NCBI RefSeq assembly: GCF_006345805.1
Contig: NW_021832533.1
Coordinates: forward strand, 62,001-126,000
Direction of reading: 5' to 3'
Origin: Octopus sinensis
Taxonomy: Eukaryota
Length of the DNA: 64,000 nucleotides
Part shown: piece by piece, positions 1-11,894 of the stretch
How positions within the stretch are numbered: the first letter of the stretch is position 1
Layout: each line of letters begins with the position of its first letter
Notes under the pieces: model-generated
Told to the model about the DNA's origin: nothing
Databases searched by the model: none
The model's input: the letters and a program-made list of their open reading frames with translations, nothing else
Program-made: the position numbers and the translations under genes

Positions 1-1664
1 ATACAAAAAATTGCAAAACGATTACCATTAAGTAATGATACTATTACAAGAAGAATAGAATGTATTTTTGAGGACCTTGCCCGTCAGCTAATCAAGTTCT
101 TTACTATTAAAAATAATTTTTATAGAACATCGAAAGATTTTTTATATCATTCTTTTGCTGTCGACACGAGTAAAGATATCTCTGATACCGAACAAATGGT
201 CGTATGCATTAGAGGTGTCACTTCGGATTTTAAAATTTCTGAAGAATTTTTTTCTCTTCGTTCATTAAAAGGCACTACAAAAGGAATGGATGTACTTAAC
301 GAATTCCTTGAAAGTATTAAAGAATTTGACATTGATCCTTCCAAAATAATTTCCATATGTACTGATGGGGGGGCGAATATGATTGGTCGTAATAAAGGGT
401 TTCATGGACTTTATTCAGAATGGAGACTTGAAAAAAATCTTGATCCTATATTTTGGCAACATTGTATCATTCATCAGGAGAATATAATCGCAAAGTCACT
501 TAAAATGCAAAATGTAATAAGTACGGTGTTGTCCATTGTGAATTGGATACGCGGTAAATCTCTCAATCACAGGAGATTTAAAAAAATGTTAGTGGAAATT
601 GACACAGTGCATAATGATGTGCTTTACCATACCACTGTTCGATGGTTGAGTCGTGCCGCGTGCCTCAAAAGGTATATTTGCTTGAATAGAAGTTAGATTT
701 TATGAACTACTCCCTCAAATAAGAGAATTTGTTAAAGACCACAAATACCATGATTTGTTGCAGTAAAGAGTGGATTGCCGATTTAGCTTTTTGGGTAGAT
801 CTAACCTCTCATTTATCGTCGTTAAATTGTGAATTACAGGGGAAATATAAATTTTGCCATCAACTCTATGGATCTATTGCTTCTTTTATATCAAAATTAA
901 AACTTTGGAGGGATCAAATAATGCTCAAAGATACAATTCATTTTACTTGTTTGAGTGAAAATAAAGCTAACGGTTCATTTGAAAAATATACTACCATTAT
1001 CAGTCACCTTATTGTTGAATTTGAAAAACGTTCTAAGGTTTATTAAAATTTAGTTTATTTTAAGAATTTTGATGAAATTTTGCCATCAATGAAAATTTTT
1101 GCAGCACCATTCAATATAGATCCTAAGAATGCTCCGCCATCACTCCAATTAGAATTGATAGACCTTCAATCAGATGTGCAATTTACCTCAGTGCAAAAGA
1201 TTGAAAATTTAATGGAATTTTATAGTTCACTTCCCAAAGAAAAATATCCGAATATACTCATAAATGCTTATAAATATGCTTCAATGTTCGGATCCACTTA
1301 TTTATGTGAGTCAATTTTCAGTAAAATGATTCACATAAAAAATAAATATCGAAATAAATTGACTGATAATCACTTATGCCAGCTTTTGCGATCTACATGT
1401 GCCTCCTATATTCCGTGTTATGACAAATTAGTTAACAATTAGTTAAAATAGCTAACAATTTTTCGTTTTAGTTAACAATTTTTCGTTTTAGTCATTTTCC
1501 TTTAATTAATTAAGACTAACTATCTCGGTTTCTGAATAAAAAATGAATCTAAAAAAAAATTAGTTAAAAGTTAATGAAAGTTTTAATTTAATTTATTCTG
1601 CGGCCCCGAAGACAATGGTTAATTATCGATTTGGCCCCGACGTTAAAAAACTTGAGAAACCCTG
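1..1664 (+). mobile_element. hAT (Charlie/SPIN-type) DNA transposon, 3' part; transposase (GTF2IRD2/ZBED5-like) 1..1442 with two micro-introns and one 1-nt frameshift near 760
   Basis: Frame 1 reads PLSNDTITRRI...SFAVDTSKDISD...ICTDGGANMIG...HCIIHQE...RWLSR, then LAFWVDLTSHLSSLNCELQG and FGSTYLCESIFSKM. 3' TIR CTTGAGAAACCCTG ends at 1664 and is followed by GTCTAGAT, matching the NTCTAGAN Charlie target. Confidence 0.9.
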
Positions 1665-1672
1665 GTCTAGAT

Positions 1673-2150
1673 TGTCTGTATTTTCTAGTAGCAATCCGAC
1701 ATTCTTAAGGTCGTTATTTAAGATTAGTGGCAGTGTTGTCTGTGGCCTGCTTCAAAAAATCCCAGAGCATTGAAAGTATGTTTCCATGATGTCATTGACA
1801 GGAACTAAAAAATCCATCCGCATCCGCAGTATGTGGCCAAAGTGTCCCCATCGGCTCTTAGTGATAGTTGCATCTAATTGTTCTGTTTTGAAAGCAAAAT
1901 ATAAGTCTTGGTTCTTGATCTTCATTAGATAGTGTATTTTCAGTAATGACCTGAGTTGTTTTCTGTGAAAAGCATTGAGATTTCCTTGCATGTGACTGGA
2001 ATGCAAAAGTGGAAAAAAATGGTTTGGCTGGATATAATTTTTTGAAAACAGACTGGGCTCTTTTCTAAATATAGGTAATAAAATTGAACCAATTTAATTA
2101 ATAGGGCGTTTGGAAAAAATTGATTCAGACCTCTGGAAACTAATCTTGTT
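1673..2150 (-). mobile_element. Decayed 3' fragment of an RTE-like non-LTR retrotransposon
   Basis: Post-RT motifs HRKQLRSLLKIHY and RWGHFGHILRM; similar to the fragment at 23215-23483. Confidence 0.65.
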
Positions 2151-2389
2151 TTCCTTGATACTTATTCTCTGAATGTGCTCCTCAAACTCTCAAAATGAAG
2201 ATTTCTGCAAATTTTAAAAATAAAAACAAAAATAAAAAGGAAATTACGAGATGTGTCGATGCCTTGGATTGTCAAGAACTCAGAATTCGAATTCAAAAAT
2301 CAGTCATTAGAATTTGTTTATGGGCCGCATTTATGATAATTTCTTATCAAGGACATATTTTTTCAAATACAATTTCGATATGTCGTGCT

Positions 2390-3099
2390 CAATTATTTTT
2401 GTAGTCCCGATTTCGTTACAGTATGTGCACCAACAGTACTTTTCAGCTCTTTAGAAGTAAGAAAATGAGCTAAATCTTCATTTAATAGCTGAAACTTCGA
2501 TAATTTTATTTTTGAAATAGAACACTTGATATTATCTGACATCTGAGCTATGGACTTGTTTTTGACCTGAAATTCCAAATTAAGATCGTTTAAATGTAAT
2601 ATCAACTGCAAAGGCCAAATCATGGATTCAAGATTCACTTTTCATCTAGTCTGTGTTTTGACAGTTCATTTCGATTAATAAAATTATTTCCTGTCTTAAC
2701 AGATAAATATTTTGACAACTTTGTGAATCGATAAACAACGTATTTATTAAGTTGTATTCTTTCGTTATAGTGATTATCTGGATACATATCAAACAATGTA
2801 TTTTCGCATAAATCGTTGCACAAAAATAGAGAAGTCCCCATTTTTTAGAAAGTCTCCTTTCATCTTTCAAGCACCGTTTTTAGTCCCAGAAGAAACAAAT
2901 GACATTGTCAATGAACTCAAAAAATGTCACAAAATGATGAAATTTCAGATAATTTGATCATTCGTAAGAAATTTAAGACGTTTGAAGTTCATAACGGCCG
3001 TTGATCAGAGAATAGAGGATCCAGAAAAGATTTACAATAAAAAATATTTTAAAGACTTGCTGGCCATACATGCAGAGGGCCGCATGTTTGACACCCCTG
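2390..3099 (-). mobile_element. Second Charlie-type hAT element, internally deleted and decayed
   Basis: Minus-strand 5' TIR CAGGGGTGTCAAACATGCGGCCC ends at 3099 beside CTTTAGAG. Translation LHLNDLNLEFQVKNKSIAQM...LAHF matches the same transposase region as the element at 1-1664. Confidence 0.7.
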
Positions 3100-3429
3100 C
3101 TTTAGAGTATTGTATCCATCCATTCTACCAATTTAATTTTTCTTCAAATTTGGGACATTTTGATTTATAAACAGCTTTGAAAAAATTTTGATAGATTTTC
3201 GAATCCCGTGAAATAGAGTCTTTATTAAGCAAAAGATTATTAATCGTTTTGCTCGAGATCGTCTTGCGGAATAAATGTGAGAATCTATCAGCCAAAACCT
3301 AACACGAAACACCATCATTTTCTTCCTTGTAGTTTATAATTTATGTTTTTCATAAAAAGTGAGCCGAGTATTACGTCCACGATAAATTTTATAAAACATG
3401 TGATTAAAAAATTGTTTATTTTCTAATTA

Positions 3430-3830
3430 AAAAATTAATTCAAAAAATTGTTAAGCGTTATGTGCCAGCGGCAAGGACGCAGTGTGCGTTGCCGCGTACA
3501 ATGGCCAGACCGATGCGCTCGCGGAACCAGAGGCTCTCTCTCGGGTCCTTGAGCCTCCTCCCAATGGACTGCCCGACCTCATTAAGGAACAAGTCGGTCT
3601 CCTTTCCCGCGGCTCCAGCGGTCTCCAGGGCGATTGGCGTAACGCGGTAGCGGTCCGCGAGGGAAGAATATTTTTGTAGTTTCCTTTTTTCGGCGTGGTT
3701 TGCAGCCGAACAAGGGTTTGCGGCGGAAGAATGAATCCTCGACTTTGAAAAGGTATCCACAACGGTAACATCCCATATGAGGGCCTTCCCCGACGAGTAC
3801 GGGAATATTGTCATCCCGTCAGGTCTTTCT
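3430..3830 (-). mobile_element. 5'-truncated CRE-like non-LTR retrotransposon (restriction-like endonuclease C-terminus)
   Basis: RPDGMTIFPYSSGKALIWDVTVVDT...KYSSL...PIALETAG...DPRESLWFRERIGLAIVRGNA; GC-rich island in AT-rich DNA. Confidence 0.8.
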
Positions 3831-3989
3831 TCAGTTAGCATATTTTTTTTTCTTTGTAATGTTTTATGAATGAATGAATTTTTCTTCATATTACTTAGTC
3901 TGTTGAAAACCTTTCAAAAATGGGGGTTTTTCATATTCAGTTTCGACCATTGACTTTTCGAAGCAAAGTCTGAATATTTTTTGCGACAT

Positions 3990-5690
3990 CATTTATCTTT
4001 GTTTTCACGGTACGAATTTTATCTCAAGACGAGTACGATCTATGGGGTCACTGCATCGTCTTAGCTTCTTTTCAAGGTTTCCCTTCAATTTTATAAGTTT
4101 TCCCAAAGATTCGTCCATCCGGGTTTTTCTGTTAGTATTTGACATGATGTATTTTCTGATTGAAGATTTTCGGAGAGAGTCCAGTATAGCTTCTCTGAGA
4201 ATTTTATCAAGTTTTTCAATTTGTATATTCGAAAAGATGTTTTCTATTGGATACAGTATCAAATGCATTTTCATTGATATCTCGAAGTCAGACCAGATTG
4301 TCCGAGACGTATCATATCCGATGAAAAAATCTTCGCATATCGTAGATGATGTTCGCATACATAAAGATTGAGGTAGGTGATCACTACCAATGTTTATCTC
4401 AATTCTTGGTATGCTGCATTGATGAACAAGAGGATAGGAGGAAAACTCCAATACAATCCTCCCCATAACAAGAGAAATGGTTTGGTTCTCGTAAAGTTAA
4501 AACACTAAAGCCCCAGTTCTTCGATAATCTGAGGAGTATATGACCGTCCAAATTTGTATTAGCACATCCGTACGATATGTGTTTTGCGTTAAGGTCTCAT
4601 ATTAGAATCCTCCATTTTTGCTTTTAAATGTTCAATTGCACTTGTCTTTTCGTCTGCCACTAATGTGTTGCATAGTGGTTGTGCCGGGATTGACTTAGAA
4701 GTGTCCCCTAGTTTCATAGATGTCATTCCTTTTTTGGGTTGAATCATAGATTCGGTTGTGTTTACGCCTTGTTCCAACTTTAATTTTGCTTTTTGTGTAG
4801 ATATAGTGGGTGTCGCAGTTTTCGAAGTGTTTGACATGGATTCGTAGATATCGTCAGTCTGAACCTCAGCGTCCACGAATTTTGTACTTTTACTAAAGTT
4901 CCATACTTTCCAGGTATTTTGTTCTATTTTGATTTTTTTCTCTTGTATTTTCATTGCGGAAGACGTATCAAATTTCAGTTTAGTAAACTGATCTGTAGTT
5001 TTCCGAGGTAATCTCTTTTTAAGAAGCTCCCTGACGAAAGGACATTCACTGTAGTTGGCCATGTGTGCTAATGATCAACAGTTTATGCACTTGGTAGGGT
5101 AGTTTCCAGTCAACCGAACGGGTATGTGGACCTTCAAAGATAAGACAGCTGACTTTTTCTTTACAAAACCGTGAGATATGTCCAAAATGCTGGCAGCAAA
5201 AACATTGCGTGTCTGGTTGCCTGTACCAGCTACAGAAAATTTCACCGAACCCGATTTTCAAGCCCATTCGCAAGAGAGAGGCTGCTTCACCCCTAGAGGG
5301 GATGGTCACTTTAGCCAAAGGAAGTGGACTTCCATTTTGGAAAAATCTCGCAACCAGAAACCCCGGGGAGATTAATTTACCCAGATACTTTACAAGTTCC
5401 TCGGTTCTAACCCAATTCAGGAGGTTCCTAAGCATTATTACCGACGCACGTGGCTTTGCCTCCTCGATTTTGTGGCCATTTGGTCCAAAGGGCTGGGTAT
5501 ACGTACAGTAGTCAACAAAAGCGGAAAGATCCTCTTTACTTTTAAAATCCAAAACGTAGTCGCCAGAGTGACGACGTGTCACTCGGGCCTTACAAGTGCT
5601 TTTGCAACCACAAAGTGTGTTTGCTACATCAATAGAATCGAGCTCTGAGTTTTGTACAAATAGTACAATACTAGTAAGACATCATGCTCG
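3990..5690 (-). mobile_element. 5' portion of an I/Jockey-group LINE: gag-like ORF1 and decayed APE endonuclease
   Basis: ORF1 has the knuckle CFCCQHFGHISRFC and a frameshifted second knuckle. Downstream DLNAKH..YG and NIGSDHLP are APE motifs. Confidence 0.7.
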
Positions 5691-5699
5691 TTTTCAATG

Positions 5700-6250
5700 T
5701 TTTTTAATAAATCTTTTGCAATTGTCGTTAACCCGATCACAATGTCATTTTTGTTAATTTCTTCCTTTTCATTTATATTTTCATCTTTAATGTTTCCGCA
5801 ATTTTCCTATCTCTTCTATTGTATCATTTTCTACATATTCATATGCAAGAAATTCTTCAATATCCAATTTACTAGTTTAAGTTGTTGCGTAAAAAACATA
5901 GTCTAACTAGAAATTAAGACATCATTAAGAAAACCGCCTAAATATTAGACCCTAAATAAGATATTTCTAGACTCAATTAAATTTATCCATTCAACCAATT
6001 TTGCATTAAGTTCACAAAACTTAAGATTTGATACTTCAGGAAACTTGATTCTTTAGCACACTGTACACAAATTACTTCAAAGAAATATATTCATAATTGA
6101 AAATTTTACTTTAATTTTTGTTTATTATGATGCGTCACAACTCTGAACTAAACTAAATTCGGGGTCTATAAACTAAATTAAAAAGAGTTTTAAGTCAAAA
6201 TGATATTTTCCTGGGTTATGGTAAATTTCATTTAATCGAACGCAAGACTT
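5700..6250 (-). mobile_element. Decayed pogo/Tigger-like transposase remnant
   Basis: Stop-riddled frame LKFCELNAKLVEWINLIESRN resembles a CENP-B-type HTH. No TIR identified. Confidence 0.35.
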
Positions 6251-6664
6251 GTGGAGATTGAAAAGATCGCTAAGTGCTAAGGACTTAATTTAGTCTCCTT
6301 TGTTTTTAAAATAATCCTAAAAATGAAGACGCTTATAATTTTCTCCTAGAGCTAATTATGAACTATGTCTATTCAAAAGAAATGTACTAACCCGAAGTAA
6401 TCTATCTGAGACAGAGGATAAGGATTTGTTGGTGAAAATGAACTTTTTTGGGGGGCCTATGGAAAAAGAGTCGTAACTAACTTGGAGACAGAGGGTCAAG
6501 GAGTGGTGTTGGTTACTTCTTTCTCTAAAAAGAGGAGCTTAACCTCTCGCGGACAAGGGTTGGATTAATATTAACTTAATTAATTCATTTTTTAAATAAT
6601 CATTTTTGTTAATTCAATGTCTAACCAATGCGTTATTTAAAATAAAATATTAGGTTTAATTAGA

Positions 6665-7130
6665 ATGCTTTCACTTGTTCTACTTTTTGTTCACGTAGTA
6701 GTCCAAAGTGACTGTGAAATAACAGAACGGTTTTTAAGAAATTTCTTATTTTAAAAGAATTCATGATTTGAACGACTGTGAATTCAATGGAGAACATGTT
6801 GCGGAACATACAGAAGATCTTGCAATTCGAAATGGCGTTGAATTTCTCAATGGAGAAGTATTTTCGAATTTACCCAACTTGGAGAGATTGTAATCAACAT
6901 TTCATTAATATCAGTGTTTGTTATGGAGACTCCTTAAAGAGAATACTAAACAACTCATTTGATGGGTTGAATCACCTAAATTATATGTATATTTAAATAT
7001 TTTGAATTATTAGATTACTGATTAACTGCCATAACCTTCGTTACCTGAATGTAGATGCCTTTGCACGCCTTATCAGCTTAGATACACTGTACAAATCTAA
7101 TTATAATATTAAAGTTTCATGCCATCAAAT
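6665..7130 (+). pseudogene. Secreted leucine-rich-repeat protein, 5' exons, interrupted by LINE and Ginger insertions
   Basis: Removing GT-AG introns of about 25-28 nt (first 6730-6757) gives MLSLVLLFVHVVVQSDCEITERIHDLNDCEFNG...FSNLPNLERFVCYGDSLKRILNNSFDGLNHLNYILLINCHNLRYLNVDAFARLISLDTLFMPSN: signal peptide plus LRRs. Confidence 0.75.
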
Positions 7131-7139
7131 ACCATTTTT

Positions 7140-7533
7140 CAGTCGCCAAAAATCAGTCGTCGCCTCAAGCTTTTGTATTTTAGACTTGTGTTCAGCCACT
7201 AATAATCTATGGCTCGGAGGGCTGGTACCAAACTGATGAAAGGGACCTTCTAATCGCCAAACTCGAAAAAACCAGACGATTTGCCATCAAACTGGCATTC
7301 GGCCTGGAGCTCAGCAGTCCGCTGGAAGACCTGCATGAGCGGAGTGTTGACACGATTGACGCTATCCTGGCAAAAACTCGAATTCGCTGAGGGAGATAAA
7401 ACAGTCTCCTGGGGCAAAACCGAAGTTGAGACCTTCGTGGCTCTCGTTATCACGCCCCCTAAGCTCTAATTCCTCGGCCACTTTTCTTTTGGACCTATTG
7501 TATTAAATAAACCATATTCTTCTTCTTCTTCTT
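7140..7533 (+). mobile_element. 5'-truncated LINE 3' end with (TTC)n tail
   Basis: KLLYFRLV/QPLIIYGSEGWY post-RT motif, GC-rich, then AATAAA and a TTC repeat at 7518-7533. Confidence 0.6.
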
Positions 7534-7553
7534 AAATTACTGACTGATTAGTA

Positions 7554-8975
7554 TGTGACATGGTTTGCGCGATACCTATGGGCCGCGCGATACCTGACGT
7601 GACCTTGAAATGTGCTTGCATCTTGCCCAAATGAAAGATTTCAGATAGATCTTATAGATCTGAAAAGTTTTTCTACTATAAATAAAAATTTTAAATGGAT
7701 TTTAACGGTCATTGACGTATATAGCAGGTTAGTTTTTTTTAACAATTTTTATAGATTTGCATTTGCGAGGCCGCTCTACACTAAGTCCTCAAATGAAGTT
7801 TGTGAAAACCTTATTTTTCTTAAATGGTCCGTGTCAATTTCTTCAGTCCGATAATGGGACTGAATTCAAGAATCGTGAAATGACCAATCTATGTGAGGAA
7901 TTCAATATCAAACGAATTCACGGAAGGCCAAACAATCCCCGCTCACAAGGGATTGTCGAACGCTTCAACCAGTCAATTACAAGAAAAATGGCAAAAATGA
8001 TCGACAATGATAATAAAAAGTGACTGGAAAAATTAGAAAATGCAGTGTACAGTTATAACATTTCTGTCCACTCATCTTCTAATGAGAGCCCTTTTGAAAG
8101 ATACCGGGGAATAAGTGGAATAAATACAATATTTGATGGTTGTAATTATAAAATTATTCCTTAGATAATTCAAGTAATGATTTGTTGAGTCCTGATCAAG
8201 TCGATGATGCAAACAATTGTCCGAGTCCAATTGAAAATTCATGTAATTTGAATTTCTATATGTAGATGATTGTAATTATTCGTTTACAAGTCCGAAAAGA
8301 TTGCGACTGAATAAGTTTGAATCTCCATATTATCCATCTGCAGAAATTATCAGTATTTTATCAAACAATCGCGTTGAGGGAGTTTAAACATTCAAATTTA
8401 ATAGATAAAAAATTGGATGAGCGAAATTTCGATTGTGCCAATGTCCAGACTTAAAAAATAATTAACAAGTTTGAGTTCGGCAAGTCTCTGTTATGGGATG
8501 CGACGTGTTCAGACACTTTCTCGGAGCTCAACCTTCCTTCTTCAGCTGTCGAGCCTGGCTCAGTCTCTCGCAAAACCGAGAAGATGAAGATTGGAAAGTA
8601 CAAGGAGCTCTCTGAACGGTATCTGTTCACTCCCATCGCCGTCGAGACTTCCGGCGTCATCGGCGAAAAGTCTCTTTCCTTTCTAAAAAAGCTTGGCCGC
8701 ATGATCTCCCATAAACGGGGAGACCCACGCGAGTCCAAGTGGCTTTTCGAAAGGATTTCCTTGGCCATAGTACGTGGAAACTGTGTTTCCATTTACGAGG
8801 CCGGAAATTTAGTTAGTTAATAACTATTTGTTAATTACATATAACTTTTTCATTCATTATTAACAAGTTATTATTCTTTGAAGTTTAATATTAATTACAA
8901 TATTGACATTAAGTTAAGCTGCAAGGTCACGTCAGGTATCACGCGGCCCATAGGTATCACGCAAACCATGTCACA
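7554..8975 (+). mobile_element. Ginger2/TDD-like DNA transposon with rve integrase fragment, internally deleted
   Basis: 54-bp TIRs (7554-7607, 8922-8975; 2 mismatches), TGT...ACA ends, 5-bp TSD TAGTA. Integrase ERFQIDLIDL...DVYSR|FAFARPL...LQSDNGTEF...PRSQGIVERFNQ with a 27-nt intron at 7728-7754. Confidence 0.85.
8472..8858 (+). mobile_element. CRE-like retrotransposon 3' fragment nested inside the Ginger element
   Basis: GKSLLWDATCSDT...KYKELSERYLFTPIAVETSG...DPRESKWLFERISLAIVRGN; candidate 11-bp TSD ATTAACAAGTT at 8461-8471 and 8859-8869. Confidence 0.8.
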
Positions 8976-9013
8976 TAGTATTCTCTTTACCCAAACAATA
9001 TGCATATTTACAA

Positions 9014-9283
9014 ATGGGTCCCAACCCACAATGTATAATTAGATATGTTCATATAAGGATTACGAAATTGAATAATGATCGGAATTCGTTCCTCTTCTTA
9101 TTTACAGACAAAAGTGTCGAAATAAATGCAGATATATCCTCGGAGGCAACACTAATGACGGAGGAAGCATATGGTGTGTTAGTTTACTCACAATAGATTG
9201 CAACCTCTGCCGCCATCCCGCATCAAGCAATCTTCTATGCAGAGAGGATTGTACCTAATAAAATATTCGGATGCCACTAACTA
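9014..9283 (+). CDS. Possible small exons ending in a Cys-rich peptide; may be downstream exons of the disrupted LRR gene
   Basis: Splicing GTGTGTTAGTTTACTCACAATAG joins TEEAY to DCNLCRHPASSNLLCREDCT*. No recognisable family. Confidence 0.3.
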
Positions 9284-9777
9284 ACTTGATTATTCATTCT
9301 AATATTTCCTTGTTCCACTTTTTAGTTCTAATTAGTGTTAAATGCACTAGTAACATAGATAAATACATAATTTCATAAAGATAAATGTCGACCACAAAGA
9401 TTTGACCCTATGTAAAATGACCTTCTCGATTGTAATCTTCATTTGTATCTTAATTAATCTTAGAATACACAGATTTTGTTTAAAATTAAAGGTATTCAGA
9501 TAATTATTTCTCGCAGTCCTGTTATGCCCGATTCTCTCAATATTCCCTGCATTTACATAATTGTGATTGATTATTCATTCTAATATTTCCTTGCTTTTTG
9601 TTCCTCGTTTTATTAATAAAAGACAGATTTAGACAACTTATTCTGCTAAACAAGTCTCCGCGGCTATTGTCAGGACTAATCCTCGGGCTATCCGCCAATA
9701 AACATTTTCGACAATTAATTTGATTTTTTATATTAAAAAAATATAAATTTTATTATTAATAAAATGTCACATTATAC

Positions 9778-10875
9778 ATGTTTACCAAGAGTGATCTTGT
9801 AAAGCTATTAAACAACGCATTGATGAATTATGATTGGGATCTAAGCTTAAAAATATATTTAAAACTTTTAACCGAATCTTCATTTGGTGATACTCAAGCA
9901 ATAAAAGTACCAAATTTAATCATATAATGACAGTGCGGATATTTCCTAGCCAACACAATCCCCAACATAGAGGAATCCGACCATGACAATTTAATAAGGT
10001 TGTACGTATAAATAACAGGGAAGGTCATTTTCCCTATTCCCCCATAAATCTAAATTGTCATTCCTTGAATTACAAGCAGTCGAATTTATCAGCAAACAAT
10101 CCTACATAAAAGCAATTAAAACACTCACTTCTATTCCAACTAAACACACTTCCAAATTATTTTGCATTGCTTTGTTTGGACTCTATCTTGACACTGGACA
10201 AGTCCCCGATCGAGTCAAGGCAATTTCGGCCTATCGGAGACTTACTAAAGGAACTAAAATGTCTCTTTCCTTGGCTGTAAATTATTCCCAGGTGTACTAG
10301 TTGTACTCAGGTTGTAGTTACTGATTGACGAGGACGATAGAAATACACTTTTCGAATTTTGTTTGGGATTTGTTGGTGAAAATAAACTTGTTTTGGGGGC
10401 CTATCATCTCTATTGGATTGCATGTGAATTTGTTGGGTGTTGTGCTTCTATAAATCTTCCGTATGTTTTGTTCTGGCTGTGTGATAAGAACGTTTTAAAA
10501 ATGAGACTTCGGAATCATCAAATTTTAGAAAATATTGAAGATCGAGCTCAATTTCTCAGCTTTCGTGAGAACATGAGCGATATTGTTCAGTGGAATGGAC
10601 TGATGGAGTCATTAGAGTGTGTCTCTACTTTGTATTGGGTGGTTGATTGATGGAGTAGACCTCAACAGTCCATTATTTTTGAACGTTGGTGGCAGTTACT
10701 GCACTTTCAGGGATATAAAACTAAAAATGATGAGCCACTCGTAAGAATAAAAACTAAAATAATTGATTTGATTAAAGTTTTTGTCCAAAAAAGTTCTTTT
10801 TTGAACTATTTCATAATTAATCAGAAATTATATTTTTCTATTAATTACATTGCGTTAATTTTTAGGATTAAATAG
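9778..10875 (+). CDS. Multi-exon hypothetical alpha-helical protein
   Basis: MFTKSDLVKLLNNALMNYDWDLSLKIYLKLL... continues through track ORFs 10055 and 10363, separated by short GT-AG segments. Exact junctions are not all resolved. Confidence 0.55.
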
Positions 10876-10896
10876 AACAGTTCGTGGTAATAAGGA

Positions 10897-11692
10897 ATGG
10901 ATATTATTAATATTATTACTGCTTGTAGTATATCAGTCTACTTTGTAACATTTAAATGATAAGTATATGACTAGGCAATATGTGCAATGTGTTCATTCTT
11001 CATATATCAATTGTCTCAGGTCACACAACTAACCGAACTGGAAGTCAATTCGCTTTTTGTGTTGCAAGTGATGTCAGGCGTCATTGGTATTTTGGCTTTG
11101 GCTGGGGCGATTTGTGGGCTTACTTTTTTGTATTCGAAGAAAAAAATATCTTTAATTTTTGTAAGTGGATTTATATGTGTCTAGTTTTAGTGTCGAATTA
11201 TAATTGGAATAAATATAGTAATCATTATCGGCACTTCGTTTTATTACTTTACACAAAAAAATTCGGTTTTTAATGATTAATAAAAATAGGTCATTCATAA
11301 AATCAAAAATAATTTAAAAATCAAAATTGCCGATTACAAAAAACATTATTTTGTCATTGATTTAATGCAGGAAAGTTATAAATGTTGTGGACAATATTCC
11401 TTCTATGATTACGAATTGGAAAAAATCCCAGAAAGTTGTTGCGAAAATAAAATCTGCACTAAAAACGACGCATATGAATTAGTTTTGTTTTGTAATATTT
11501 AAGGGCTGTCAATTTGTAATCGAAAATTTGATTAGTAATCTTAATATATACTTTATTGAGCTCATCGTTATGATTTTATTAATTGGGGTAATCAATTATT
11601 TCAGTGACTATTAGATTTCTGCATTTTTAATTTTTTATTTCAACATGAGTGAGGGAAATCAAACTTACACACACTTTACCGAATTAGAATAA
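10897..11692 (+). CDS. Divergent tetraspanin
   Basis: Four hydrophobic segments after splicing 24-30-nt introns; large loop with MQESYKCCG and IPESCC motifs. Confidence 0.8.
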
Positions 11693-11894
11693 CAAATAAC
11701 ATTCTTAAAATTTATTTTTTGGATAAAAATCAAAGTTAATTTATCTTTTTTGAGCAATAAATACTGTAAAACATGTTATTTGTGTTTTTTAGTTTATTTT
11801 TTAAATAAAAAATGTAAATTCTGGGAATCGAACCCAAGACCTTTAGCATAGACAGTAAATTTATTTTATTAGAACAAAATTATTAAAAATGTGA

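Noticed and set aside
11815-11852. tRNA-like T-arm on the minus strand (GGTTCGATTCCC)
   Set aside because: No acceptor stem, D arm or anticodon arm can be built; at most a fragment.
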